From NCBI RefSeq assembly GCF_006345805.1, contig NW_021834206.1, forward strand, positions 1 through 51,265: a stretch of 51,265 bases of DNA, written 5' to 3'. Position numbers and translations under genes: made by a program. A model generated the notes under the pieces. That model had not been told where the DNA came from. It saw only the letters and a program-made list of their open reading frames with translations, and did no database searches. Of the stretch, positions 1 to 12,590 are shown one piece after another; positions within the stretch are counted from its first letter, which is position 1; each line of letters starts with the position of its first letter. This stretch comes from Octopus sinensis (taxonomy: Eukaryota).

Positions 1-59
1 TATATAATATAATATAGATATGTATTTATATATATATATATCTATGTATGCAAATTACA

Positions 60-330
60 GGAAATACGTAAACAAACGAAGGGGAAACTAGTGAAGTACG
101 TAACAACAATTAAAAGACTCTTCATCAGTTGTGGGTTGCTTATCTACTCCTCATTTCGAGCATTGAATGACAATATGAGTCCTGAAAGAAATGTAGGATT
201 TATGGGAACAAAAATGACAGTGGAGAAATACAAGGAAACCGAACAAAAACAAACAAGGAAAGTCGTTAGACCAGAACGGGAGGAAAATAGTGAAAGTATT
301 TTTTTGAAAAGAGAATATGAGAATATGAGA
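60..330 (-). repeat. Interspersed repeat family A copy
   Basis: Reverse complement matches 2590-2830 (ttgtttgtttt.gttcggtttccttgtat...cactgtc; gaaatga.gagtagat...acaac) and 11720-11830. Confidence 0.7.
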
Positions 331-365
<35 letters not shown>

Positions 366-555
366 ACGGGAAGCTTTATGAAAATAAACAAAAACGAAGG
401 CAGGTGGAAAACAAACGAACATTGTATTAGTTTGCGCTCAGGAAATATAAATAAAACAAGTCTTTAACGTTTCGAGCCTACGCTCTTCAACAGAAAGATA
501 CACAGAGAGAGAAAAACACAGAAAGAAGAGAGAAAAAAAAATGCGTGCAGTAGCT

Positions 556-558
<3 letters not shown>
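366..558 (-). mobile_element. TA-embedded mini-element (family B) with minimal hammerhead-like motif
   Basis: Flanked by (TA)n. Minus 461-498 reads tcttt-CTGTTGA-a-gag cgtagg ctc-GAAA-cg-TT-aaaga. Homologous to 8490-8645 and 21660-21880. Confidence 0.6.
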
Positions 559-596
<38 letters not shown>

Positions 597-806
597 AACA
601 ATCGCAATAGAGGACATTAAAACATTCGGACAGATGACGATAAAAAGGCGGACAGCAGGCTAAAAAGGCACGGTCATTCGTGGCTTTCTTTCCTTACTCA
701 AGTTCTAGAATCACGACTATTTCGGGCAGTTGCACTTAAGATGGTTCGATCTGGTTATATTATATATATATACCTACATATATATATATATATATTATAT
801 ATATAT

Positions 807-860
<54 letters not shown>

Positions 861-862
<2 letters not shown>

Positions 863-945
863 TTTATTAATAAAGCTGCAAATACCTCACATAAACTATT
901 AATCAACTTTCGTGTTCCTGTTCGTTGGACAACTTTGGTTGAGTA
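861..945 (-). repeat. Degenerate copy of family C (hammerhead-like element seen at 27284)
   Basis: Minus reads tgtccaacgaacaggaacacgaaa...gcagctttattaataaagg, similar to 27284-27378; flanked by (TA)n. Confidence 0.5.
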
Positions 946-1429
946 TATAAATATATATGTATGTCCACATTAGTATATATTTATATATCTGTGTATACAT
1001 GTATGTATAGTTATGTATATGCATTATCTCTCACTGACTCTGTCACTCAATATACACATATATGTGTGCGTGCATGTGTGTGTGTGTGTGTATCTGTTTA
1101 TGTATACACCTATTTTCATCGAAGTTACAGTTAGCGTTGGCATTGTTTACGAAGCTGAATATCAAGATCCTAAACTCTATTTTCGTTCTGCATTGGCATG
1201 TGTGTACGTGCTTAAATATACATTCAGACGTATCCATCACTTCACTCTTTCATTTTCTTCCCCATTTCTTGTCTCCTTCTCTGTATAAACACTCACGCAC
1301 AAACATACACATGCTCACAAATATAAACAAGCTGATATACATACTCATATATACATACATACATGTATATATATTATATATATATATATCTATATATATG
1401 AGCGTGGGGCGTATTTGTTCCCTGTATAC

Positions 1430-1491
1430 TTTAATTATTAATATTATTATTATTATCATTATTATTATTTTTATTATACTATATTATATTA

Positions 1492-1534
<43 letters not shown>

Positions 1535-1610
1535 GTTTATTGTTATTGTTATTATTATTGATGTTGATGCCGTTGCTGTTGTTGTTTTTGTTGTTGATTT
1601 TGTTGCTATT
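1430..1610. repeat. (TTA)n/(TTG)n microsatellite
   Basis: Direct reading. Confidence 0.95.
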
Positions 1611-2354
1611 ATCATCTTTCATTCTCCTTATTTTATTGCAAGAAGATGTCTAATCTTGCTTGTTTTAAGCCTACTCGACAATTACATTAATACAATCTTA
1701 ACACCACAAAACTTAGCCCGAGAGGAAATAAGCAATCTTTATCAAGATTTTCGTCACTAAAAATTAATTTTCTCTCCAAAACAATGGCAAAGGCTTGTAA
1801 AAATTTGATGTTCGTTTTCAACAAAATCGAAATTACCTAACCAAATTTATCTTTCTGTTAATGTTAGGTATTTTATTTTCCTTATTTTCTTTTTTACCTG
1901 TCATTTTTCTTTGTTTTTTCTTTCATTTTATATTCTCAGGTTCGTAAATTTTTTACTGTTATGTCGGTGTACGTGTGTGAGCGTGTGCTAAGACAAATAT
2001 ATCTTGTAATGTTAATTTAAAATTTCTCTGCTTGTTTAGCTGTATATATAACACTGTATTTACATAACATTTTGTTTTTCTCTATGGATTTACTGGTTTC
2101 TCCATCAATCTGTCTGTCCGTCTTTGACTGTAGTACCTGTCTTTCACCTTTCTTCTCTATATTTGTATATGTATACATAGATAGATGTTCATTTGTGTGC
2201 GCGCGTCATTTGTATATATAGCATATTATAACACATATGTGTGTTTGTGTGTGTGTGTGTGCAGTAGTGTTCGGGGATGTGATGTACCTATATATGGGCA
2301 TATATCTATGCATGTGTTAGTATGTGTGTATATTATATATATATATATATGGTA

Positions 2355-2398
<44 letters not shown>

Positions 2399-2479
2399 AC
2401 ATGTATATATGTATTTATATGAATATATATATGTGTATATATATATACATATATACGTAAATATATATGTATATGCGTG

Positions 2480-2870
2480 ACCATCGTCCATCTTTCTTTC
2501 CTTCACGTGATCAATTTTGTTTCCCTTCAGAGCTGTCGTACGTGGAGACTGCACTTATCCTATATGCCTTTTTCTCTCGTCAAAGAAAGTATTTCTTGTT
2601 TGTTTTCGTTCGGTTTCCTTGTATGTCTTCACTGTCCTGTTTTTGTTACCAGCTTTGACCCTCCGCAAATTTCAGTTCAGCTTTTGAGGGAGGAACTGCC
2701 TTCGAAGACTCGTTTTGTCAATGAATGTTCGAAATGAAGAGTAGATGAACAGCCGACAACAAATGAATGGTTGTTCTTTATGTTATTTGTCATATTTTTC
2801 ATTTGTTTCTCTCGGTTTTCGCGTATCAACTCATTTCCTTTTGCATTTCGTGTTGTTTACGGTTAATGAT
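2480..2870 (+). repeat. Interspersed repeat family A copy
   Basis: Homologous to the reverse complement of 60-330 and to 11720-11830. Confidence 0.65.
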
Positions 2871-2889
2871 GTTCTGTACCCATATATGC

Positions 2890-2920
<31 letters not shown>

Positions 2921-2954
2921 TGTATGTATGTATGTATGTATGTATGTATGTATG

Positions 2955-2988
<34 letters not shown>

Positions 2989-3699
2989 ATTCAGGGTGAA
3001 TACTTTCAAGGTGAATACTTGATAATTGTAGGCACCTGTATATGCCAGTTAGTGGTGAAAAGTTGGTGAAAAGCCAGAAACATGTTTACCGCTTAATCCT
3101 TTGCATCATGTTTTTCTTTTGATAAATTATATATATATATATATATACAGAGAGAGAGAGAGAGAGAGAGAGAAGAGAGATATATAGAATATATATATAT
3201 ATAATATATATATTATATAGATATATATTATATAGATACATACATACATACATATACATAATAATACATACATACATACATACATACATACATACATACA
3301 TACATACATACATACATACATACATACATACGTCCTGAAGCAGAAAGCCCCTTCACCAGTACCACCACCTAAAACATGTATATTTATGGAGAGAGAGAAA
3401 CTGGAATAGTGGAAGTGATTTACTATTGAAACTCCAAGAAGAACTAGTAGTATTTATAATCCCATATATATTCTGGAACATCTGAAAGCAAGCCGTCAAT
3501 AATAATCTAATGTACTCAATGTAATACCACGGATTCTATGACATGCAGAAAACAAAGTTTAACACCGGAGATTGTTTATAAAATATCTAGTTACACCATC
3601 CTACGCATGATGATATAATTTACATAACATAACAGCTAATAATTCTTTGTCAATGGAAGGTGTGTAAGATAGTGTAACTAAATGGTTTGGAAAGAATCA

Positions 3700-3848
3700 C
3701 TGCATGGTGTTTCTTTTACTTTCTTTCTCAAGAAAGTCTAGCGTCTGAAACGTCAACATATTCTTTTATTTAAGCATGAAACTGATACAACTGCTGCTAA
3801 AATATTCCGCTCCTATCTCGTCCGCTTTTTGTGCTCACTGTCAACTAC
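3700..3848 (+). repeat. Highly degenerate family B copy
   Basis: ctttCTCAAGA...GAAAcgTC at 3723-3754, followed by an aaactgataca...tctcgtc tail resembling 8580-8630. Confidence 0.4.
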
Positions 3849-3957
3849 ATATATATATATATATACACGGTGGCTAGAATGCAGGTTTACGGTTATTCAA
3901 CTAGCTCTTTCTCATTCATATATTAAGAGTTTAGATCTTAATTATAGAAAAGAAAAA

Positions 3958-4625
3958 CTAGCAGCTAAGCCCAGTATCACCTGGTCTGTTTGGATGATGT
4001 GGCTGTAAAACCTGAGCTGTGTAAGCATTCGACTTGTTGGGCACGATTACGTTAAAAACAATTACAGAATTACTTTTCTCTGTCAAAATGCTAAACATAA
4101 CTGACCAACAGAAAACACCAACCAAGATTCAACCAAATCAAAAACTAAACCCAAATACTAAGCGAACAAAGATGAATCATCCCACTTCCATTGCACGTGG
4201 ACATGCACACACACACAAACACACACATGCACACACACACACACACACGCGCATACACACACACACACGCACACACAGTCACATACCCCCTTTTTATATA
4301 GACACAAATATATTCACACAGAGTTGAAACGCTGTTTGATTTATTTTTTCAGCGTACAAATTTAATTATCCCTTCTACCAAGAATGACATCACCCCTTCT
4401 TTCCTCATTCATCTATCATCCTTTCCTATCTCATTCATTTAACACAAGAGTATTATTATAGTAGATTATCTCGGTACCATGCGAGCTATGACAAAAAAAG
4501 GAAGCCAAGCATCAACTCCGGATCATTCTACACACGTGTGTAAGTTTTCGCGCAATTCCACCCAGTTTTTGACCGTGAATCCTAAGAGAAGAAAGAATCA
4601 CCTATGTCAATTTTATATGTATAGA
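3958..4625 (-). mobile_element. Non-autonomous Helitron
   Basis: Minus strand starts A|TCTATACATATAAAA and ends with hairpin ccaggtgatactggg then ...CTAG|T, giving TC...CTRR termini inserted at AT. Confidence 0.65.
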
Positions 4626-4946
4626 TATAAAACCATTATTCTATGCTAATTTATTTAATTTTGGCAAGCTAACTTTTCAGTTAAGATAAATATAATGTTT
4701 TAAAAGAAAGTTAAAGTGCCTCGTGATAACTGTAAACATGGTTTTGGGAGACGCTGTATATATATATATATATTATATGTGCAAGAAATTAAAATGGCAA
4801 GGGAATAAGATATTGTCATGAGCTTCATTAGCTTTCTGCTATTAAATGGAAAGTACCCATGACTCTATGCTTGTGCATCATCCTATAACTTCACCGGAGC
4901 TATCTTCCAAAAACTAAAGTAGAAATTATTTTGGAAAGCATTTATC

Positions 4947-5025
<79 letters not shown>

Positions 5026-5380
5026 CAGAAAGCTTTACCAACGAAAGAAGCATAAATTTACACAAACACACGCATGTAAACACTCGCACACGCACGCGCA
5101 CGCAAATATAGACCAACGAATTTCTCTAAATTAAAAATTATAAAACTTGAACATAGCCGTTATGTATCTATCTGCCTGTGTGAATGTTAATGTATTCGTG
5201 AGTGTCTTTGTGTATATACATGTGTGGTTGCCTGTCTCTGCATGAATATCTCAAAGTATGCTTTGCACCATCACCATAGCGGTTTCAGGAATGAATCCCC
5301 TCCCAAAAATACAGTGGATGTCGAAGCCTCTTCGGTCCAAGACAACTTTTCATTGTGGTGTAAATTTTGCATTTTAAAAT

Positions 5381-5510
5381 TCATTTCCATTCCTCCTTAA
5401 TCAGATCCAGTTTGAACTCTTCATAGTTCTGGCTCTTTTTAAACCTGAAATTGAGATACGTTGCCAAAAGCCGCAGGCGGAATTGTCCACATCGACCGTC
5501 GTCCTCAGTT
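5381..5510 (-). other. Candidate terminal coding exon, unrecognised (TEDDGRCGQFRLRLLATYLNFRFKKSQNYEEFKLDLIKEEWK*)
   Basis: Non-repetitive island preceded by a pyrimidine tract + AG (ttccctctctatag); 43-codon open frame. No homology recognised. Confidence 0.2.
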
Positions 5511-5859
5511 CTATAGAGAGGGAATATTTAGAAAATTATAAATGAAATATCTACCTAAATACGCTATCAGTAATTCCAACAGTAATTCTCTTACACATCA
5601 TCAAAGAGTTAAAAGAAAATCTATTGCTATATGAAGTAATTCGCATAGACACATATTTCCTATATCTTTATTCGGCAAATTCTGAACACCATCTTAATAT
5701 GACAAACAGCAAATAGAAAGTATTTTATTGCTAAAAAAATTATAAAATGTCATTTATCATTTCCCCTAATGTCGTTTACCGAAAACTTTCGTTCAAATAT
5801 CTCAGCATTATTTATTTCACACACACACATTCATTCATACACACGCATACACAAAGGCA

Positions 5860-5904
5860 TATATATATATATATGTATATATTTGTAATGTATATATTTG
5901 TATA

Positions 5905-5973
<69 letters not shown>

Positions 5974-6140
5974 GTTTATATATAATATATATGTTAGTAT
6001 ATGCATATATATGTATATATATATATATATGTATATAATATATGTATATATATATATGTATATACATATATATGTTTATATATATGTGTATATATATATA
6101 TATGTTTATATATATATATATATATGTGTGTGTATATATA

Positions 6141-6175
<35 letters not shown>

Positions 6176-6341
6176 GTGTATATATATATATATGTGTGTG
6201 TGTATATATAGATATGTGTATATATATGTGTGCGTTATATATAATATGTGTATATATATGTATAGATATATATATGTATATGTATATATATATGTATAGG
6301 TATACATATATATGTATTTATATGTATGTGTGTGTGTTTGC

Positions 6342-6373
<32 letters not shown>

Positions 6374-6455
6374 TATATATAATATATATATATAATATAT
6401 ATATATTATATATTATATATTATTATATATTAAATATATATATATATATATATAA
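5860..6455. repeat. Compound (TA)n/(TG)n microsatellite
   Basis: Direct reading. Confidence 0.95.
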
Positions 6456-6469
6456 TTGTTCTACTTCAA

Positions 6470-6570
6470 CTGATCAACGTTGAAATAAACTTGCAGGGGT
6501 TGAGCTCTCCACAAACATGCCTACCTTTAACGTAGTTCTCAGGGAGATTCAGCGTGACACATAATGCCAA
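6470..6570 (-). mobile_element. SINE family 2 tail fragment
   Basis: ctttaacgtagttctcagggagattcagcgtgacaca is the reverse complement of 40195-40232. Confidence 0.6.
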
Positions 6571-6620
6571 CACGTTACTCATCTCCCTATGCGACGGAGT
6601 GTTGCTTGTAAAACAATGTA

Positions 6621-7562
6621 TTGTGTTATCCCATAGATTATTTAGTTATTTTTATATTTCTTTTATTTTGCAAAATGAAGATACGAATAGTTCTTTTTTA
6701 ATCTAAAATATAATCTCCATTTTCTACAATGTTCTTTCATCTATCTGGTAGACTTGCAAGGCTCCTCTTTCTAAATTTGTTTGCGACGAAAAAGACTCCA
6801 CAAGTTCTGTTCTGACCTCGTCTTCAGAATGCATATTTTTCTGTCCAAATGATTTTGATGGCTACGGAATAAATGATAATCAGATGGAGCAATGTACAGA
6901 AAATATGGTGTGTAGGGCATTGTTTTGCATTCAAACTACTCCAGTCATTATTCAGTTCAAAAAAGGTTCACACAGTAAAGAAGAGCCCACGTTCACACTC
7001 TGCACGCGATTCGACTCGGCATATTTTTGAGGAACATTTTGACCCAATTTGCTGACCTTTCCGATGGCCCTCAGTTATTGATGTATGGCTGAATGACCAA
7101 ATGCAAGCTTCTCTGCTAGTTCCTTAACGGTTACGATAGGATTTTGTTCCACCAGGGATTGCGAGATGTCCTAGTTGAGTTCTAAAGATCTTTCATGACA
7201 AGGCTCGTCTACTATGCTGTAGTATCCGGCACAGAATTTCTGGAAACACCGTTGACACTAGCTTATTCTTATTGTTTGATCTGCATTAATATTACTCGCA
7301 CTTTCCGTTGCCTTGTTGCCTATATTGAACTCATAAAGCAAAATATGCCGAATATGCTCCCCTTTCACTTTCATCGTAGCTTGGAAAAAATAAGTGCTAA
7401 AATCGAACTCACTCTTCATAACTTGCATTAAGATTATGTTGAAGGTAAAAATTAATAACTACTTTAATAGCAGGTTGATGCCGGAGGTTTATCCTGTCCC
7501 CCTCCGAGTTTTAGTTCATGCAATTGAAAAAAAAAAACTGTATTATTTATGTGATGACCCAA
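6621..7562 (-). mobile_element. Mariner transposon, internally deleted and decayed
   Basis: Imperfect TIRs (ttgtgttatcccatagatta / tatttatgtgatgacccaa) with TA on both sides. Minus remnants MKVKGEHIRHILLYEFN (ATG 7374) and IAPSDYHLFRS...SLPDR. Confidence 0.85.
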
Positions 7563-7675
7563 TACAATGCTATCCAAAAACAAACAGTTATTGAGTTCAT
7601 ACATAGACATCTGCCTAAGGAATAAACATATACACTGTCACAGACCGGCCCTGCTGGTCCGTGACAGTCTGAATA

Positions 7676-8012
7676 TTTTTACCTCCGCCTTAGCGAAGGC
7701 CGAGATATTGTCTTCGGTCGTGTTTGTTTGTCCGTGGACAAGTTATCTCAAAAACAGCTGTGGATGGATTCGCATGAAACCTTTAGGGATGTTTGACCTT
7801 GTGACTGGCACGAACTGATTAGATTTTGGGGATCGATCGGGTACTGGACAAGGATTCTGGATTATTTTTCCTGTTTTTTTTACTTACTTTTGGAGAGCGG
7901 TCGGGTTCAATTTTAGTATTCTCGTTTGTGAGAGTAGTCGAGTTTATTTCAGATATTCTTACTTTCAAAATCATTTCCTGCTAATCATTGAGAGGACGTT
8001 GGTGTTGCCTTG
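7676..8012 (+). mobile_element. Helentron-associated (HINE/DINE-like) non-autonomous element
   Basis: Starts ttttacctccgcc, then gtttgtttgtccgt microsatellite and ggatggattcgcatgaaac, the typical HINE layout. Confidence 0.5.
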
Positions 8013-8484
8013 TTAGAAGACTCTACTATATGAATTCTTTTGTTACTATTAAATCAAAGTAAAACAGAATAAATTACGAACAATCGTTTCGGAACTTACA
8101 CATTCTATATGCAGATTATAAATTTGTTTTATACCGATAATTTGTGCATTTGGATTTGTGAGTGAATGTTTGAGCGACTAACTGGACACGCTGGTGCTTT
8201 CAGGAAATAAAATTAACGCATATTACAATTGCACACATTACAAATACAATCTCTCAACCGAACAGAAACAATATGTAAGAATTTCCTTAAGTTCAATATA
8301 TGATATTCTTTTTGTTTACTGAAATTTCAACAATGAAATTGGTATCATTGTTAGAAACCAGCTTTAACCTTACAGGAAGAATTTCAAATACAAATGGAGG
8401 TGACCATACACATATACGCAAATACATCCACCTAACCACACACACACACACACGTGTTATATATGTACGTATGTTTATATGATA

Positions 8485-8645
8485 GATCGCTAGCCACTAC
8501 ACATTTTTTATTTTCCCTCCCTGTTTCTTTCTGTGGAAGAGCATAAGCTCGAAATGTTAAATACATTTTCGCTTCTCGAGAGTTAAACTAATACATCTGT
8601 TTGTTGTCTACACCACCTGTATTCGTCTTTTTTTTCGGTGAACTT
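8485..8645 (+). mobile_element. Family B mini-element with hammerhead-like motif
   Basis: 8527-8562: cttt-CTGTGGA-a-gagc ataa gctc-GAAA-tg-TT-aaat; homologous to the reverse complement of 366-558. Confidence 0.55.
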
Positions 8646-9688
8646 ATTATATATATATATATATATATAAATTAAATATACATACATAAATATACACACA
8701 TAATGCACACAGTCACAGATTCACACACACAGAGACACGTATATATACACACTCACAAACATATATATATTATAAATAATATGATATACACTAGTCTGAA
8801 TATTTTGGATAGGCAATGGTGCCACATTTGACCATGTCTCTAGCTTATGTTAGCAAAAACATATCTACGTGTGTCGGCGTGTGTATGCGTGCGTACGTAT
8901 GTGTGTGTATGTCTGTTTGTACGTGTGTTTGTGCGTGCGTGTGTGTGTGTATGTGGCGGGGGGTGGGTGGTGAATGTCAAACTGGCATCATGAAACCAGA
9001 CAAGTGTAGAACCATTGTCTGCCGCTGACTACATTACCAGCACTAACATCATCAAAAGACAAATTTAAAGTTTGAACGCACACAATACCCCATGATTGTC
9101 ATACCAATTATAAAATTACTACAACATTCTCCGGACCGCAAACAAAAAAGTAAAAAAAAACATAACACGCAATCAGACAGCATGATGGGGATTCATTTCA
9201 AAGCTAGAGACCATTTACGTCACAAATGCGAAGAGTTTACGTGAAAGGATATATACACATAAAAGTTACGTCACAATTCATCAAAGTTGATGCATAGGAT
9301 TAAAAGAATCTTAATGCTTAGTTACAAAAGGAAAGAAGTAACATAATCTTGTTATTATTCTTACTTAGACAACATCTTTCAATGGCAGACATTATGTAAA
9401 GACAAGAAACCATTTCCGTTCAAAGCAGAGAAGCAGTTTTAGAGTGCCCCGCTCCTTATCTTCAGATCACATCATTTCTTCCAATCTTCCCATCTTTCTC
9501 CCGCTATTTCGTCCTCTGCCTTTCAACTTCCCCCATCTCATTCTGTTTATTTTTCGCTCCTTTACAGCTTTTCACACTTCCTATCTATTTATATTTCGTC
9601 GCCTATTAAATATGCCTATATATATATGTATGTGTGTATGAATGTATGTGTGTATGAATGTATGTATGTATGTATGTATAAACATATT

Positions 9689-10100
9689 TGTGTGGTAAGT
9701 AGCCTGATTACCAGCCACTGGTTCCGGGTTCAGTTCTACTGAGTAACACTTTGAGTAAATATCTTCTACTATTGCCTCGGGCCGACCAAAGCCTTGTGAG
9801 TGGATCTGGTAGAAGGAAACTGAAAGTAGCCCGTCGTATATATATATATGTGTGTGTATGTATGTATGCATGTATGTATGTATATAAGTATGTATATGGT
9901 CTTGTGTCTGTGTTTGTCCCCCAACATCGCTTGACAACCGATGTTGGTGTGTTTATACCCTCGTCATCTAGCGGTCCGGCAAGATAGACTGATAGAATAT
10001 ATACCAGGCTTACAAAGAATAAGTGCTCGGATCGATTTTCTCGAATAAAAGCGGTGCTCCAGCATGGCCGCTGTCAAATGCCTGAAACAAATACAAAATA
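9689..10100 (+). mobile_element. tRNA-derived SINE family 1 (5'-truncated)
   Basis: B-box-like gggttcagttc, internal (TA)/(TG) tract, tail ggtgctccagcatggccgc..tcaaatg.ctgaaac; matches 17644 and 44977. Confidence 0.85.
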
Positions 10101-10159
10101 TAAGATAAAAGATATAGATATATATGTATGTATATATATATATATATAATATATATATA

Positions 10160-10206
<47 letters not shown>

Positions 10207-10286
10207 GTGAAAATGAACACACGAGTTGATATATATGAAAAAACAAGTCAAAATAGAAAATGCTAAAATAATTTTATAAAGAACAT

Positions 10287-10328
10287 TTCAGTACGGTTTC
10301 GGTCATTTTGAGACCTTTTCAACTGTAA
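10287..10328 (-). ncRNA. Minimal hammerhead-like motif, U3:A8 variant
   Basis: cag-TTGAAAA-ggtc tcaaaat gacc-GAAA-ccg-TA-ctg within the TA-flanked element 10203-10460. Confidence 0.5.
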
Positions 10329-10455
10329 CGATTAATAATTAAATTTAGAAAATTAAAAGAAAAGTTTTTTAAAGGAATATTGTATAGTGTTCAAAATTAA
10401 GTGGCATTCTGCCTTTCTCTGTCTCCCTTGTTTGCACTTGTGTGTTCGAGGCCGT

Positions 10456-10500
<45 letters not shown>

Positions 10501-11578
10501 ATTTCAACATTGAGGTAAATTAATTAATTAAGCAATTTCACAAGTATTCAGTATGCAAAGGGACCATTTAAGGCGAATTCAAATTATTACATTATATAAA
10601 AGGGCTTAGTAAAATAAATTACTTTGCCGCAACTGAACTCATTAGAAATAGCAGCTAAAAAAAATTTTTTAAACTATTTCTAATACTTAAAGAAAACCTC
10701 TCTCATATAGTGTTTGCTCAATTCAACTCACGAAAGTATGGGGGTAGAGACATTAAAAAATCAAATGCAAAGGTTATTTGAGAACGTACGTTTCAAGATT
10801 AGTCAAAATCGACACTTCTATCCACAGCTCAGAACTCCCTGGTTTGGATTTGAAAACACTGAAAGTAGGAGCATACCCTTTCGGCTTCTTATCGCTTCTG
10901 AAGATCTGCTCGAAACTAACAGTGCCAACAAACTCAAATATGCAAGCGAAGAATTTCTGCTCTCCCCTTTCCACCAGCGTGGGTTAAAATCAGTAAACAC
11001 TATGTTTTCGGTAAAATCCGAGGCATTAAATAGAGAGAGATGAATTATAATTTCAACAATTGAGGGTAAAATTAATTAATTATTAATCAATTTCACCAAG
11101 TATTCAGTATGCAAAGGACCATTTAAGGCGAATCAAATTATTACATTATATAAAAGGGCTTAGTAAAATAAATTACTTTGCCGCATACTGAACTCATTAG
11201 AAATAGCAGCTAAAAAAACTTTTTTAAAACTATTTCTAATACTAAAGAAACCTCTCTCATATAGTGTTTGCTCAATTCAACTCACGAAAGTATGGGGGTA
11301 GAGACATTAAAAAATCAAATGCAAAGGTTATTTGAGAACGTACGTTTCAAGATTAGTCAAACTCGACACTTCTATCCACAGCTCAGAACTCCCTGGTTTG
11401 GATTTGAAAACACTGAAAGTAGGAGCATACCCTTTCGGCTTCTTATCGCTTCTGAAGATCTGCTCGAAACTAACAGTGCCATCAAACTCAAATATGCAAG
11501 CGAAGAATTTCTGCTCTCCCCTTTCCACCAGCGTGGGTTAAAATCAGTAAACACTATGCTTTTTTCGGTAAAATCCGA
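10501..11578. repeat. Direct tandem repeat, ~550-bp unit, ~1.95 copies
   Basis: Units start at 10501 and ~11050; duplicated ORFs 10714/11268 are 554 bp apart. Confidence 0.95.
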
Positions 11579-12195
11579 ATATATGCATATACACACATAT
11601 GCACACACACATATGCACACACACATATATGCACACACACATATATGCACACACACATATGCACACACACATATACAAATATATACATACGTATACATAA
11701 ATACATACATACAGACACACGAAATGAGTAGATAGACAGCGGACATTTGATGAAGGGTTCTTTCTCTGTACTCTCAATTTTATTCTCGCTGTTTAATTAC
11801 TTCACTCTTTTCCCTCGTTTGTTTTCGTATTTCATGTTACTTGCACCATTGGTGACGTCCTGTAACCATTTATGTATGTATGTATGTATGTATGTATGTA
11901 TGTATGTATGTATGTATGTATGTATGTATATGTGTGTGTATGTATGTATGTATGCATGTATAACTTTATGCATATACATACATGCATATAATTATGTATA
12001 TATATATACATATATATATATATAACAATTTAATAAATAAAACATATGCATACATACATACATACATACATACATACGTACATATATGTACATACCTACA
12101 TTTATATGTATATATACATGCATATGTATATATATATACATATATATGTGAGTACAAGACACCACAAATAAACGTAGAACACAACGAGAAACGAA

Positions 12196-12249
<54 letters not shown>

Positions 12250-12250
<1 letters not shown>

Positions 12251-12290
12251 CTAGCAGAAATACCCAGGGCTGCTCGAGGTTAAAGTAGCA
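12250..12290 (-). mobile_element. Helitron 3' end fragment
   Basis: actagcag...cccagggctgctcga resembles the reverse complement of the hairpin+CTAG end at 26818-26845. Confidence 0.4.
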
Positions 12291-12307
12291 TAGTCTGTTA
12301 TTGTTTT

Positions 12308-12490
12308 AATTGTTTCCGGCATGTGACTCGGCCATGCCGGAGAACCGATTTTAGTCGAAACAATTGACAACAAGAATTTATTCGTTGTAGACCTAGTACT
12401 TATTCTATCGGCGTGTTTTGCCAAATGGCTAAGTTACGGTCACGTAAACACGGCAACATCGGGTGTAGGCGATGGTGGGAGTACAGATTC
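12308..12490 (-). mobile_element. SINE family 1 tail fragment
   Basis: ctagtacttattctatcgg...tttgcc...gctaagttacgg matches 26110-26160. Confidence 0.75.
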
Positions 12491-12590
12491 ACACACACAC
12501 ACACACACAAACACGCACACACACACACATATATACATAAATACATACATACAAATATATATATATATATACATACACACACATATCAAC

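Noticed and set aside
115-165. Minus-strand GAAA...CTGATGA as a type II hammerhead
   Set aside because: The intervening sequence forms neither stem III nor stem I, and homologous copies do not keep the core
10893-10926. Plus-strand CTGAAGA-tctgctc-GAAA as a hammerhead
   Set aside because: No stem II pairing, UH position reads UG, and no stem I
10714-11735. Duplicated 109/155-aa ORFs as a gene pair
   Set aside because: Non-ATG starts, no recognisable domain; they simply lie within the tandem repeat unit
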